Positions 1 through 9,326 of a stretch of 64,000 bases of DNA are shown here, one piece after another; position 1 is the stretch's first letter, and every line of letters begins with the position of its first letter. The notes beneath the pieces are model-generated. The model was not told the DNA's origin. It worked only from the letters and a program-made list of their open reading frames with translations, and did not search any database. The stretch comes from an uncultured Gemmatimonadaceae bacterium. Its GTDB lineage: Bacteria > Gemmatimonadota > Gemmatimonadetes > Gemmatimonadales > Gemmatimonadaceae. Where the stretch lies: assembly GCA_963761305.1 (NCBI GenBank), contig CAVXGK010000002.1, positions 1,952,001 to 2,016,000 of the forward strand. Direction: 5' to 3'. The position numbers were made by a program, and so were the translations under genes.

Positions 1-1
1 G

Positions 2-787
2 ATCCCGCACCGTCGAACAAAGCGCGCCCGCCGACAGGGGCTGCGACATGCTGAGATATTCAGCCGGCTTCGCGCTGCCAGTTTCTGTCGAGTATCCGTC
101 GGCGAACGACGGATCGGTCGGGTGATTCACGCAGTAGCTCGTCTGCCTGAGCCCGAGCGGCGTGAAGAACTCGTGTTGGACATACGTCGCGTACGACTCG
201 CCCGTGACCTTCTCGATGATCATGCCGAGCAGCACGAAGCCGGTGTTGGAGTACGACCACGCATCGCCCGGCTTGAAGTCCAGCGAGTCGTGGTCGACGA
301 ACGCGACGATCTGCCGCGGCGTCATCTCCTCGGCCCAGCGCGGTCGCCACGCCGGTTCGGCCGTGTAGTTGTGGATGCCCGACGTGTGATTGAGAAGCCG
401 GCGAATGGTGATCGTCTGGCCGTGCGTCGGCACATCCGGCAGATACTTCGACATCGGGTCGTCGATCGACAACTTGCCGCGCTCGGCGAGCCGCATGATC
501 GCCGCGGCGGTGAATTGTTTGGTGATTGAGCCGATGCGATAGACGGTGGACGCTGTCGCGGCGCGACGTGCTTCGACGCTGGCGTCGCCGTAGCCCTTCA
601 TCACCAGCGTGTCGGGGCCGCGGAGGACGGCGATGGAAACGGCCGGCGTGTGCGTCCTGGCGATGAACGCGCTCGCCAGAGAATCGACGCGGCCGATGAC
701 GTCGGCGCGTGACGGCTGCTGTGCCCGCGCGGCGAACGGCAAGAACCACAACCCCAGCGATGCAGCGGCGAAGAAGCGGACTCGCAT
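2..787 (-). CDS. Serine hydrolase, beta-lactamase/PBP-like family, with signal peptide; 3' end lies outside the window
   Basis: My translation from ATG 787 gives MRVRFFAAASLGLWFLPFAARAQ...YRIGSITKQF (SxxK)...LLNHTSG. It is missing from the ORF track because there is no stop in the window. Confidence 0.88.
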   Translation of the reverse strand, partial: MRVRFFAAASLGLWFLPFAARAQQPSRADVIGRVDSLASAFIARTHTPAVSIAVLRGPDTLVMKGYGDASVEARRAATASTVYRIGSITKQFTAAAIMRLAERGKLSIDDPMSKYLPDVPTHGQTITIRRLLNHTSGIHNYTAEPAWRPRWAEEMTPRQIVAFVDHDSLDFKPGDAWSYSNTGFVLLGMIIEKVTGESYATYVQHEFFTPLGLRQTSYCVNHPTDPSFADGYSTETGSAKPAEYLSMSQPLSAGALCSTVRD

Positions 788-882
788 GGCGGGCGTCTCC
801 TCAGGCTTGTCCCGGTGAAAGGCACCGCCCTCGACAATGAATCGGGGCGGTCCGCCGGGCAAGGGGCCGAGTCAGCCTTTGG

Positions 883-1587
883 TCAGGGCGACGTGCGATG
901 CACCGCGTGTGCGTGGCCGCGCAGCATGCCTGGACCGACGCGCAGGTTGTGACTCAACGCGTCGGGCACGACGAGCCAGAGCATCGTTCCGATCAGCGCG
1001 TGGGCCAGCGCCAGAAAGAAGAGGTTGCGATGCCGCTGATACGCCACCGCCGCGATCGCGCCGCCGATCAGGGTCACCACCATCAGCAGCGGGTTGGGCA
1101 GGTGCGCGGCGGCGAACATCGCGCCGGCCATCGGAGCCACGAGAAATTGGTATCTCGTGTCGAACGACGCCCGCAGCCGATTCACGAAGTAGCCGTTCAA
1201 CAAATACTGCTGAAACAGTGCCCAGAAGCAGTAGCCGACGAGCACGCCCGCCACCCGCCACACCGCCACGTGACGCACCGTATCGAACGCGAAGCCGAGC
1301 GTCGTCCCGATCACGGCGACGAGGAACACGGGGATCGCGAAACGGCGCGCACACTCGACGAACCCTTCGCTGCGCAGTCCGAGCGCGGACGGCGACTCGC
1401 CGCGGACGGCGTGCGAGGCCAGCACGATGGCCAACAGGATCATCCACGACGAGTGCGCCAGCGCCTGGAAGTACCAGATGTACGACAGCAGGAGAACGAA
1501 GACCGCCCCTGCCTCGAGTGCGTGGACCTTCGGGCCGATCGGCTGGACCGCCGATCGGATGGCCACGGATGGAGACCGCACCTGCAT
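883..1587 (-). CDS. CPBP (CAAX/Abi) family intramembrane protein with degenerate motifs
   Basis: Multiple TM segments. LFQQYLLNG replaces EExxxR; FAAAH and HALIG motifs are present. Confidence 0.75.
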   Translation of the reverse strand: MQVRSPSVAIRSAVQPIGPKVHALEAGAVFVLLLSYIWYFQALAHSSWMILLAIVLASHAVRGESPSALGLRSEGFVECARRFAIPVFLVAVIGTTLGFAFDTVRHVAVWRVAGVLVGYCFWALFQQYLLNGYFVNRLRASFDTRYQFLVAPMAGAMFAAAHLPNPLLMVVTLIGGAIAAVAYQRHRNLFFLALAHALIGTMLWLVVPDALSHNLRVGPGMLRGHAHAVHRTSP

Positions 1588-1624
1588 CGCTGCTGCTCCT
1601 GAACTTCAAAGACCGAAACCGACG

Positions 1625-2608
1625 TCACGCGCGCAACAGAATCACCCAGACCGCGTCCACCAGAGCGTGTGTGATCGCGGACGCGGTCACCTTTCCCGTG
1701 CGAAGGTACACCCAGCCGTAGGCGAGGCCGGCAATCGTCGCCAACGCCGCGTAGCGCGGGTCGGGGAGATGCGACAACCCGAAGATCACCGAGGCAATCG
1801 CGAGGCCCAGCGGAACGCCGAGCCAGCGCGATAAGAGATTCTGAATGAGGCCGCGGAAGAGAAACTCTTCCGGCACGGCCGTGACGAGATAGGTGACGAT
1901 CGGCCGCAGCACGACGCCGGGCATCGCCACACGGGGATTCCACGTGATGAAATGCGTCGAGAAACCGATCGGGAGCGCGATGGCCGCGTAGGCGACGAAC
2001 ACGAACACCGCCATGCCGGCGTCGCGCGCCCTGAGCGACCAGCGGTAGCCGATGCCCTCGAGCGGGCGTGCGACGAGAAAGAAGTAGAGGCCGGCCACGA
2101 GCCCCACGAGTCGCGACGCGTCGTACCCACTGGGCGCGGGGATCGGCAACGACGGAAGCAGGTGGTACTTGATGGCCAACCCCAGGCTCGCCGCGGCGGC
2201 CAACTCACGCCACGGCGCCTTGCCGCGTTCGGTGACGCCGGTGGCGAGAATGAGTGATGGAACGGCGAGATAGACTCCGTACGAGAGCGCGCGGTCTCCC
2301 ACCGAGAGGCCGGCCGCGGCCGCATAGAGCACACACGCCATCCAGAGCACCGCAGGCCCGGCGACGATGCGAACGAACGGCCGAGCCAATGCATCGCTGA
2401 GGCGAGTCGCGACTTGGGGCACGCCAAGCGCGAGATAGCCGCCCGCCAGCAGCGTGAAGAGGCCGAGCGGTAGAGGTCGGGCGAGCGACGTGCCGTGTGT
2501 GTTCGCCGTGAAATACGCGACGAGTGCCAGCCCGAACAACGCAACGGCGATCGCAGCTTCCCCGCCCCGCCTCGCCGGCGAGCGCAGGATCACTCCACCA
2601 TCAGTCAT
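1625..2608 (-). CDS. CPBP family intramembrane metalloprotease
   Basis: Motifs PEEFLFRG, FGLSH and HALVD; hydrophobic multi-TM protein. Confidence 0.88.
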   Translation of the reverse strand: MTDGGVILRSPARRGGEAAIAVALFGLALVAYFTANTHGTSLARPLPLGLFTLLAGGYLALGVPQVATRLSDALARPFVRIVAGPAVLWMACVLYAAAAGLSVGDRALSYGVYLAVPSLILATGVTERGKAPWRELAAAASLGLAIKYHLLPSLPIPAPSGYDASRLVGLVAGLYFFLVARPLEGIGYRWSLRARDAGMAVFVFVAYAAIALPIGFSTHFITWNPRVAMPGVVLRPIVTYLVTAVPEEFLFRGLIQNLLSRWLGVPLGLAIASVIFGLSHLPDPRYAALATIAGLAYGWVYLRTGKVTASAITHALVDAVWVILLRA

Positions 2609-2830
2609 GCGAATTCATTCCCTGCTCGAGACGCCGACGCAGTCGGCGAGCGTCGAGCTTTCAATATCCGCGCCGAATGATTCTGGCGACGCCTCTCGTA
2701 CCGATGCGCTTGGCGCAGGGTTCCCGTCGCTCTCGTGGCATGTGTCCGGTTTTTTTGCCAACCGCCGTATCCGCTCCAGACGGCGCGCCGATAGCGCCGC
2801 AAAATCCGGATCCCTCCTGCACTACGGCGA

Positions 2831-4327
2831 ATGGCAAACCCACGCAACGCTCGACCGAGCATTCCGTCCCTCCGATCAGCCGTCTCGCACGCCACACTGC
2901 TTCTGCTCGCAACGCTCGCGGCGTGCGACGAAGGGCTTACGTCCGAATCACCCGCGAGGCACGTAGACACGCAACCGCGATTCGCTTTCGCGCCCAGCCA
3001 CGCCGGTGCCGATTCGCTGCGCGCGCTCGCGTCGACGCACGGAATCGTCGCGCTCCCACCGGCGACTCACGTTCGTCCCGAGTTGGTCAAGCTCGGACGG
3101 GCGCTCGCGTTCGATCCGATCTTGAGCGGCAATCGCAACATGGCGTGCATGACGTGCCACCTGCCGGCGTTCGCGACGGGCGACGGAAAGAATCTCCCGA
3201 TCGGCGAGGGCGGCATCGGGCTGGGCCCGATCCGTTTGTTGGGACGCGGCGTGTTCATTCCGCGCAACGCCCCGCCGCTGTTCAATCTCGCCGCACTCAA
3301 TCAGCTCTTTTGGGACGGGCGCGTTTCGGTCGACGCCGCCGGCGCATTCCATACCCCGGCGAACGAACAGGTATCGCCGGCGATGGCGCAGGTGTTCGAG
3401 TTCGGCGCGGCATCGGCGATCGGCCTCTTTCCCGTCACGTCGCGCACCGAGATGCGCGGACAAAACACGATCGCGATCACCACCGCCGGAATCTTTCGCA
3501 ACGAGCTTGCGCAGATTCCGGACAGCAATTTCACCGGTATCTGGAACGCGGAAATGGCGAGGCTCGGCGCCGTTCGCGAGTACCGTCAGATGTTCGAGGC
3601 GGCGTACCCGGGAACGCCGTTCGCGTCGATGACGTTCGCGCACGCATCGAACGCGATGGCCGGGTTCTTCGTCGACCAGCTCTCGTTCCAGAACACGCCG
3701 TGGGATCGCTTCCTCGCCGGCGACGACGCGGCCCTCACGCCGCAGCAGTTCAACGGCGCCAACACGTTCATGGGCCCGATCGCCAAGTGCGCCGGCTGTC
3801 ACAACGGTCCGCTGTTCACTGATGCGAAAACTCGAAACGTCGCGCTGGCGCAATTCGGCCCCGGTGAAGGCAACGGCCCGAGCGGGAAGGACGACTTCGG
3901 ACGCATCAACGTGACCGGCGTCGCCACGGACAAGTACTCGTTCAAGACGCCGGCGCTGCGGAACGTAGAGCTCACCGGTCCGTACGGCCACGCCGGCCAA
4001 TTCGCCACGCTGCGCGGCTTCGTCGATCACTACAGCGAGTCGGACGTCAAGCTGGCCAACTACGACGTGCGCCAGATCGATCCGCTGCTTCGCAGCACGC
4101 TGCTCCCGACGACCGCCGACATTCTGGCCACGCGCTCGGGCGCGCTGAATGGCCTCGTGCTCACGACGCAGCAGATCGACGATCTCACGGCGTACCTGCT
4201 GGCGCTCACCGATCCGCGTGCGCGCGACCTGCGCGGCCTGACGCCGCTGCGCGTGCCGAGCGGACTCACGCCGCTAGGGTCACGGGTGCTCGGGCTCCCG
4301 CCGATCGAGCCCCTCGCGTCGAGGTAG
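2831..4327 (+). CDS. Di-heme cytochrome c peroxidase (CCP/MauG family), probable lipoprotein
   Basis: Two CxxCH motifs (CMTCH, CAGCH); LAFDPILSG, RNAP, FWDGR, FKTPALRNV and PYGH motifs; lipobox-like LAAC. Confidence 0.92.
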   Translation: MANPRNARPSIPSLRSAVSHATLLLLATLAACDEGLTSESPARHVDTQPRFAFAPSHAGADSLRALASTHGIVALPPATHVRPELVKLGRALAFDPILSGNRNMACMTCHLPAFATGDGKNLPIGEGGIGLGPIRLLGRGVFIPRNAPPLFNLAALNQLFWDGRVSVDAAGAFHTPANEQVSPAMAQVFEFGAASAIGLFPVTSRTEMRGQNTIAITTAGIFRNELAQIPDSNFTGIWNAEMARLGAVREYRQMFEAAYPGTPFASMTFAHASNAMAGFFVDQLSFQNTPWDRFLAGDDAALTPQQFNGANTFMGPIAKCAGCHNGPLFTDAKTRNVALAQFGPGEGNGPSGKDDFGRINVTGVATDKYSFKTPALRNVELTGPYGHAGQFATLRGFVDHYSESDVKLANYDVRQIDPLLRSTLLPTTADILATRSGALNGLVLTTQQIDDLTAYLLALTDPRARDLRGLTPLRVPSGLTPLGSRVLGLPPIEPLASR

Positions 4328-4384
4328 CGGCCTGGTTCGGACTCGTCGGACAGGATGCCACCGCTCGCCGAGTTGAGAGTCTCG

Positions 4385-4483
4385 GGAATACTGACACCAA
4401 CGGATTGAAACTGAGACCAAAGGAAAAAACAAATCTCCTGTTTTCTCCGTTCGTGCCTGTTCAATCCGTTTGTGTCTGTTTCG
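4385..4483. repeat. Imperfect palindromic intergenic element (ACACAAACGGA family), copy A
   Basis: gacaccaacggattgaa pairs with ttcaatccgtttgtgtc (1 mismatch); the inner arms also pair partially. Confidence 0.75.
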
Positions 4484-4484
4484 T

Positions 4485-5050
4485 CGCCGAGAGATCCCTT
4501 TACGACGCCGGCAGATCCCTTTACCCCGCCGGCAGATGCCTTTACGGCGCGGATACCGACCATTTCCGACTCGATAGCCGCCTTTTCGCGGCGAACGGCA
4601 TCCCTGTCCGTGCCCGCACCGAGCACTTCGCAGCGTGCAGCTTCCTTTTCCGTCCGTTTTTCCGTCGTGTCCCCAAGCTTCTCAGCCTTTCCGTCGCGTC
4701 CCCCGCCTTTCCCTCCCGTTTACCATCCTCTCCTTCCCGTTCATCGACCATTACGCGCCGCGCAGCATCCTTTCCCGCCCACGCAGCACCCATGTCCGGC
4801 CGTGCAGCGACCACCTCCGGCCGTGCATACCACTTCTCCGAGTCGATCGCCCACTCCACGCGATGCGCCGTGCATTCCACGAGCCGGTACGCGACTCCAC
4901 AGCCTCAACCGCCCATTCCACGACGTCGAAACCGGGGACGACCGCTTCACTACCGGGCAGTTCCAGCCGCTTCGCATGCAGTTCCGCGCCGTTCGCATGG
5001 TGCTCCAGACAGTTCGCACACGTCTCGACCACGGTTCGCAGCTTCACGTT
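4485..5050. repeat. Degenerate 21-bp-period tandem array
   Basis: cgccgagagatccctttacga / cgccggcagatccctttaccc / cgccggcagatgcctttacgg at the start; gcagttccagccgcttcgcat / gcagttccgcgccgttcgcat near 4957-4998. Confidence 0.65.
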
Positions 5051-5071
5051 CCGACAGAACAACGAACGTCG

Positions 5072-5094
5072 TTGGTCGAGGGAGTCTCGACCAA
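5072..5094 (-). terminator. Hairpin downstream of the FAD-dependent oxidoreductase
   Basis: ttggtcgag-ggagt-ctcgaccaa is a perfect 9-bp stem about 40 bp past the stop; the U-tract is weak. Confidence 0.45.
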
Positions 5095-5132
5095 GAAACG
5101 TGCGTCTTCCCGTCCGCGGGAACGGTTGGACA

Positions 5133-6386
5133 TTAGTAGATGTGCAGCTTGCTCAGAAGCGCGAGCGGATCATCGATCAACGCGAACAAGTCCTTGTTGT
5201 GCTTGATCATCTTGCTGCGCATGTAGACGCGAAGCCACTGCTTGTACGTGTACAGCTCGTAGCGATCGAACATTTCCTCCACCGGCAGGTCGGACCGCGA
5301 CAGAAGAGCCGCCAAGAACATCGCGCACTCGAATCCCAGCGAGATCGACTGAAAGTAGGGCGACCCGATGGCGGAGTCCCCGAGCAGAAAGACCGGCGAT
5401 TTGGCGAACGGGTGATCGCTCGGCGCGCCCGTCCGCCGCGCGCGGCTCGTCGCGTTTCGACCCCGGTAGAGGTCCATCGGAATCCGGACGATCCCCAGAT
5501 CGCCCAAGACTTCGCCCTGCGTTTCCTGCTTGACCTTGTCGATGAAGCGATCCATCGACCGGGCAACGCCGGGAAAATGACTGCGCAGCCATTCACCGTC
5601 GAACTGCGGCGGCATCGCTGCGTAATCCTCGGCGGTGATGTTGACGATGCCCGTCACGTGGCTGACGTCGCCGTCGTAGAACGTGCGGTCGACCGCCGGA
5701 ATGAACTTGTACTCCGCGTTCTCGGCGTTCTTGTAGTACTTGCAGAATTCGTTGCACTCGTAGTGTCGCCCGTACAAGAAGGTGACGACGATGGCGTATT
5801 CGAGCCGAATGTTGAGCGTGTTGCCGCCGCCATCGGCCGCGCCCGGGCCGGGCACCAGGTGATCGCGCAAAAGAGACTTGCACCCCGTGCAATCGACGAG
5901 AATGTCTCCCGGCGCGAGCATCGCCATGGCATCGTCCGCCGTCATGACGGCCGACGTGCGGTGCACGCTCGTCGACGCACGCGTGTCGATCAGCGAGCTC
6001 AGCGAGCGCTCGATGGTGTTGAGGGGACAGAACCCCTGGGACCACTCTCGAAGGAGCGACATCAGGTCTGCGGGAATCGACTGTCTCAGCGCGAGGCTGT
6101 CGTCGAGCTCCGGCGGATCGAAGACCGCCTCGACGTTCTCCGAATCGATATAGTCGGCGCGATAACCCTCGACGGAGTTCGCAACGAGGTACGACGACAG
6201 CTTGACCATCCGCGTCCGCGTGTACTCGTGTCGCTTCTCATAGAGCGAGACCGAGAGCCCGTCGACCGATTGGAGCAACGCCGTGAGGAGGAGGCCGACG
6301 GGGCCCGCGCCGACGACGTGCACTCGACCACGAGACGGTGAGGTCTCGGAGATTGCCGTCCTTGGCAGTATGGTCATTTCGCCCAT
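5133..6386 (-). CDS. FAD-dependent monooxygenase/oxidoreductase (start uncertain, ~6374-6386)
   Basis: Rossmann motif VHVVGAGPVG...EKR, DCTG and LLGDSA (GD motif). Confidence 0.8.
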   Translation of the reverse strand: MGEMTILPRTAISETSPSRGRVHVVGAGPVGLLLTALLQSVDGLSVSLYEKRHEYTRTRMVKLSSYLVANSVEGYRADYIDSENVEAVFDPPELDDSLALRQSIPADLMSLLREWSQGFCPLNTIERSLSSLIDTRASTSVHRTSAVMTADDAMAMLAPGDILVDCTGCKSLLRDHLVPGPGAADGGGNTLNIRLEYAIVVTFLYGRHYECNEFCKYYKNAENAEYKFIPAVDRTFYDGDVSHVTGIVNITAEDYAAMPPQFDGEWLRSHFPGVARSMDRFIDKVKQETQGEVLGDLGIVRIPMDLYRGRNATSRARRTGAPSDHPFAKSPVFLLGDSAIGSPYFQSISLGFECAMFLAALLSRSDLPVEEMFDRYELYTYKQWLRVYMRSKMIKHNKDLFALIDDPLALLSKLHIY

Positions 6387-6612
6387 TCGCTCGCGTGCGA
6401 TCGGAGTGGTCGGCAAGGGTGGAAACGTGCCGCGCGCGCGAATCGCCAGCGCCCGCGATTCGCCACGCAACGTACGCGCGGGCCAACGAGGGCGCCATGG
6501 AAGCACTGGTTCCTTGCCCGCGCGGAATAGAACGCTCCAGGTTGCATTTTTTTGGTGATGAACCGCGAATGGCAGCGCGCGATGTTTGATTCGTCACCAT
6601 CCGGGCGCTTCC

Positions 6613-7113
6613 TTGCTCTATACGATTTTCAGTCATGGCCGGGCGCTGGGCACGACCGATCTCGGTTTCATCTATCGCCCCGGCGGCTTCCGTTGCGGTT
6701 GGCTACATCCCACGCCGCTGGGCGAGCGCTACCTCCCGATCGCTGCGGGAGTGGCCCCGGCAATGCGCGCCGAGTATCTACTCGGCCCAGACCCTGCGCT
6801 GCACGCAGACGTACTCGCCGCGAACGATCAGGCCGAGGGGCTCGCCCTGGAGTTGCGGCGCGAGGATGGCGTGTTGGTCGAGACGAGCGACATCGGTGTC
6901 GTCGACACACACTACCTGCTCTCCGTCGCCGCGGTCGCCGCGCAGGAGGACGAAGACTGGGAGCTCAGCGCCGAGGACGAAGCCGAGATCGCCGAGCTCG
7001 TACCGGAGCTCAAAGAGGAACCTTGGGAGGCATCCGTCGCCCAGGAGGAACCGACGGAGCTTCCCCGCTATCAACTTCAGGTTCAGTTGATCTATCCGGC
7101 CGCGGTTCCTTGA
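6613..7113 (+). CDS. Hypothetical acidic protein, copy 1 (paralog at 12302-12787)
   Basis: ORF 6586..7113, likely TTG start at 6613. Gap-free conservation with the second copy supports coding. Confidence 0.75.
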   Translation: MLYTIFSHGRALGTTDLGFIYRPGGFRCGWLHPTPLGERYLPIAAGVAPAMRAEYLLGPDPALHADVLAANDQAEGLALELRREDGVLVETSDIGVVDTHYLLSVAAVAAQEDEDWELSAEDEAEIAELVPELKEEPWEASVAQEEPTELPRYQLQVQLIYPAAVP

Positions 7114-7156
7114 AGATCCGATTGACGGGGCCCGGTTCCTTGGCGAAAGTGCGAGA

Positions 7157-7423
7157 ATGGGGGCCAGGACGCGCAGGAGTCGGGTGTTTCTCCTCGGCGC
7201 CATCGGGACGGCGAAAGTCGCGTCGTCGCGAACGTGCGATGGCCCGTGTACGCAACCGCCTCCTCGTCCGAGCACGACCGAGATGGCGTATGCGTTCGAG
7301 GCGCATGCCAACGCGGACGCCTTTTTCGGCGTCGGCGCGACGATGTTTGGCGCACTCGGTCCGGCCTCGACGCGCTACAACGCGTTCGCCGTGACGCTCG
7401 ACGTCGGGTGGTTTGGGCCGTAG
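7157..7423 (+). CDS. Short hypothetical ORF, possibly a remnant of a beta-barrel protein
   Basis: 88 aa with a beta-strand-like C-terminus (FAVTLDVGWF); ends just before a terminator. Confidence 0.3.
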   Translation: MGARTRRSRVFLLGAIGTAKVASSRTCDGPCTQPPPRPSTTEMAYAFEAHANADAFFGVGATMFGALGPASTRYNAFAVTLDVGWFGP

Positions 7424-7433
7424 GGACGGAACG

Positions 7434-7465
7434 ACAAAGGCCCCGGCGATTGCCGGGGCCTTTGT
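7434..7465. terminator. Probable bidirectional intrinsic terminator
   Basis: acaaaggccccggc-gatt-gccggggcctttgt is a perfect 14-bp stem between convergent ORFs. Confidence 0.85.
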
Positions 7466-7482
7466 GTCATCGTGCGCCGTGT

Positions 7483-8304
7483 TCAATGAACCATCGTCAA
7501 TCCGAGAATGCCCAATGCGACCGCGCCGAGGATCGCGGCGTTCCCGTTGGAGAACGTTCCGTAGTTCGACCGGTTCCAGTAGCCGTCGTCATATCCGCGT
7601 TGGAACCCTTGGCTGAAGTAGTAGCTGTAGTCGTCCGCCGGCACATAGCCACCGGTGTATCCGAAGCCGCCGCTCTCGAAATTCAACGCGCGCTGAAAGT
7701 CGGCACCTACTCCATCGCGATGGTCGTTCAATCCGGCGCGGTATCCCTGGTCATATCCCTGGTCGACGGCCTGTCGTAGGACATCCGCTCCGAACTGGTT
7801 CGTCTCCCGGTACACGCCCCGGATGTTGTACCGGTAGTCGTTCAACAGCTGGACGTCGCGAGCGCGGTCGTAGGCGCGGTTCGCCTGTACTTCCCGCTCT
7901 CGTTCGAGCTGCTCCGCCTGCTGCTGGGTCTGCCGCGCTCTCTCGAGTTGCGCCTGTTGCTGAGCCTGGCGGTTCTGCTGGTCGCGCCACTGCTCGTTCT
8001 GCTGCGCGGATCGGCGCTGATTCGGCTCCGCCGCAGCGCGTGCTTGTTCCGCGCGTGCCTGGTCGGCGCGAGCCTGGTCTTCGCGAGCTCTGTCATTCCC
8101 ACCTTGCTGAGCTTCTCCGCCGCGCCAAGCCCCGCTCTGCCTCGGCTGTGCCTGCGGCGCTGCTTGCTGGTGCTGTTGCTCCTGGCGCTGGTCCTGATGC
8201 TGATCCTGGCGCCCGCGTCGATCGTCCTGGCCGCGCTGCGCCTGTGCCGCCGTTGCCACGAAGAGCAGGGCCGCGGCTGCCGAAAGAACCTCTAAGCGTT
8301 TCAT
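7483..8304 (-). CDS. Secreted hypothetical protein with Gln/Arg-rich N-region and Tyr/Gly-rich C-domain
   Basis: ATG 8304 with purine-rich RBS; signal peptide MKRLEVLSAAAALLFVATAAQA; repeated GYxxGY motifs. Confidence 0.78.
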   Translation of the reverse strand: MKRLEVLSAAAALLFVATAAQAQRGQDDRRGRQDQHQDQRQEQQHQQAAPQAQPRQSGAWRGGEAQQGGNDRAREDQARADQARAEQARAAAEPNQRRSAQQNEQWRDQQNRQAQQQAQLERARQTQQQAEQLEREREVQANRAYDRARDVQLLNDYRYNIRGVYRETNQFGADVLRQAVDQGYDQGYRAGLNDHRDGVGADFQRALNFESGGFGYTGGYVPADDYSYYFSQGFQRGYDDGYWNRSNYGTFSNGNAAILGAVALGILGLTMVH

Positions 8305-8528
8305 ACGCCCCCCTTTTCTCTGAATTCCTACGTCATTCAATACCCCCGAACGCGATGCACGTGCCGCGCTGAAAGCCTTCCCGCAGGGAACTTTGCCACA
8401 AGACAGCCAGCCGACAGGCCTCTACAAGCTGTCAGGGGGCTTACGTGGCACCATCGCGACGAGCATGAGCACTGCCATATTCAATATTGACAATGCCCGG
8501 CTTAGAGCCGAGCGCACAGCGACGGGCC

Positions 8529-9323
8529 TCACCCAAACGTGGCAAAGCGGCTGCCGCTGCTATACGCCCGAAGGCCGCGCTCGAACACCCACACCGCCAG
8601 GACGACGTACGCGGCGACGCCTCCCACGATCGCCATCGCAGTCCACCAAGTCGGCGCGCGAATCAATTCGGCCGGCAAATACCCAACGAAGCCCGCGGGA
8701 ATGACGGTGTACAGAATCCAGCGCATCGGCCCTGTGAAGAGCGTATCCGGGTATAACGAAAACATGAGCGTCACCTCGTACAGTTGCCGGCTCGCCGACT
8801 CCGTGCGCCCGAGCCAGAACGCGGCGCTGTGCATCAACACCGCGGTCGACACGAGGACGACGGCCCCCGCAATGCCCGCTGCGAGCACGACGGGTATGCC
8901 CAGTACGGTCACGCGGCCGGAAAGGGCGATCATGACCAATCCGCTCACGACGTCTCCCAACCCCGACGGCTGCGATCGGAGGCCGGCGGCGTAGAGCAAC
9001 GTCGGCTTCGGCTGCGCGATCAGCGCGTCGAGCTCGCCGTCGTGGATCATGCGCGCCAGGTACTGTGCACCTCCCGCGACGAAGACGGCCACACCGTTCG
9101 CCAGAGCGACGATTCCGTACAACAGCGCCACGTCTCCCAGCGCGTAGCCGCGAATCCGCGGCACGCGTGACAAGAGCACGATCCAGAACGTGAAAAAGAT
9201 CGCGTTGTTCACGGCCATCAGGATCACGCGCATGAAGAAGGCCCCGCGCTGCGCCATCGCGGATCGCACGCTGGTGCCGACGAGCGCCCTCACAAATCGC
9301 AGCGTCGGTTTCATGCTTTCCAT
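8529..9323 (-). CDS. ABC-2 family transporter permease (DUF990-like)
   Basis: GELDALIAQPKP and SLYPDTLF motifs; about 6 TM; in operon with the ATPase. Confidence 0.88.
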   Translation of the reverse strand: MESMKPTLRFVRALVGTSVRSAMAQRGAFFMRVILMAVNNAIFFTFWIVLLSRVPRIRGYALGDVALLYGIVALANGVAVFVAGGAQYLARMIHDGELDALIAQPKPTLLYAAGLRSQPSGLGDVVSGLVMIALSGRVTVLGIPVVLAAGIAGAVVLVSTAVLMHSAAFWLGRTESASRQLYEVTLMFSLYPDTLFTGPMRWILYTVIPAGFVGYLPAELIRAPTWWTAMAIVGGVAAYVVLAVWVFERGLRAYSSGSRFATFG

Positions 9324-9326
9324 CGC

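Noticed and set aside
2..787. Beta-lactam resistance gene
   Set aside because: The SxxK family includes many peptidases and esterases, and nothing here shows beta-lactamase specificity.
4485..5060. CRISPR array
   Set aside because: The units are contiguous and degenerate with no unique spacers, and there are no cas genes in the window.
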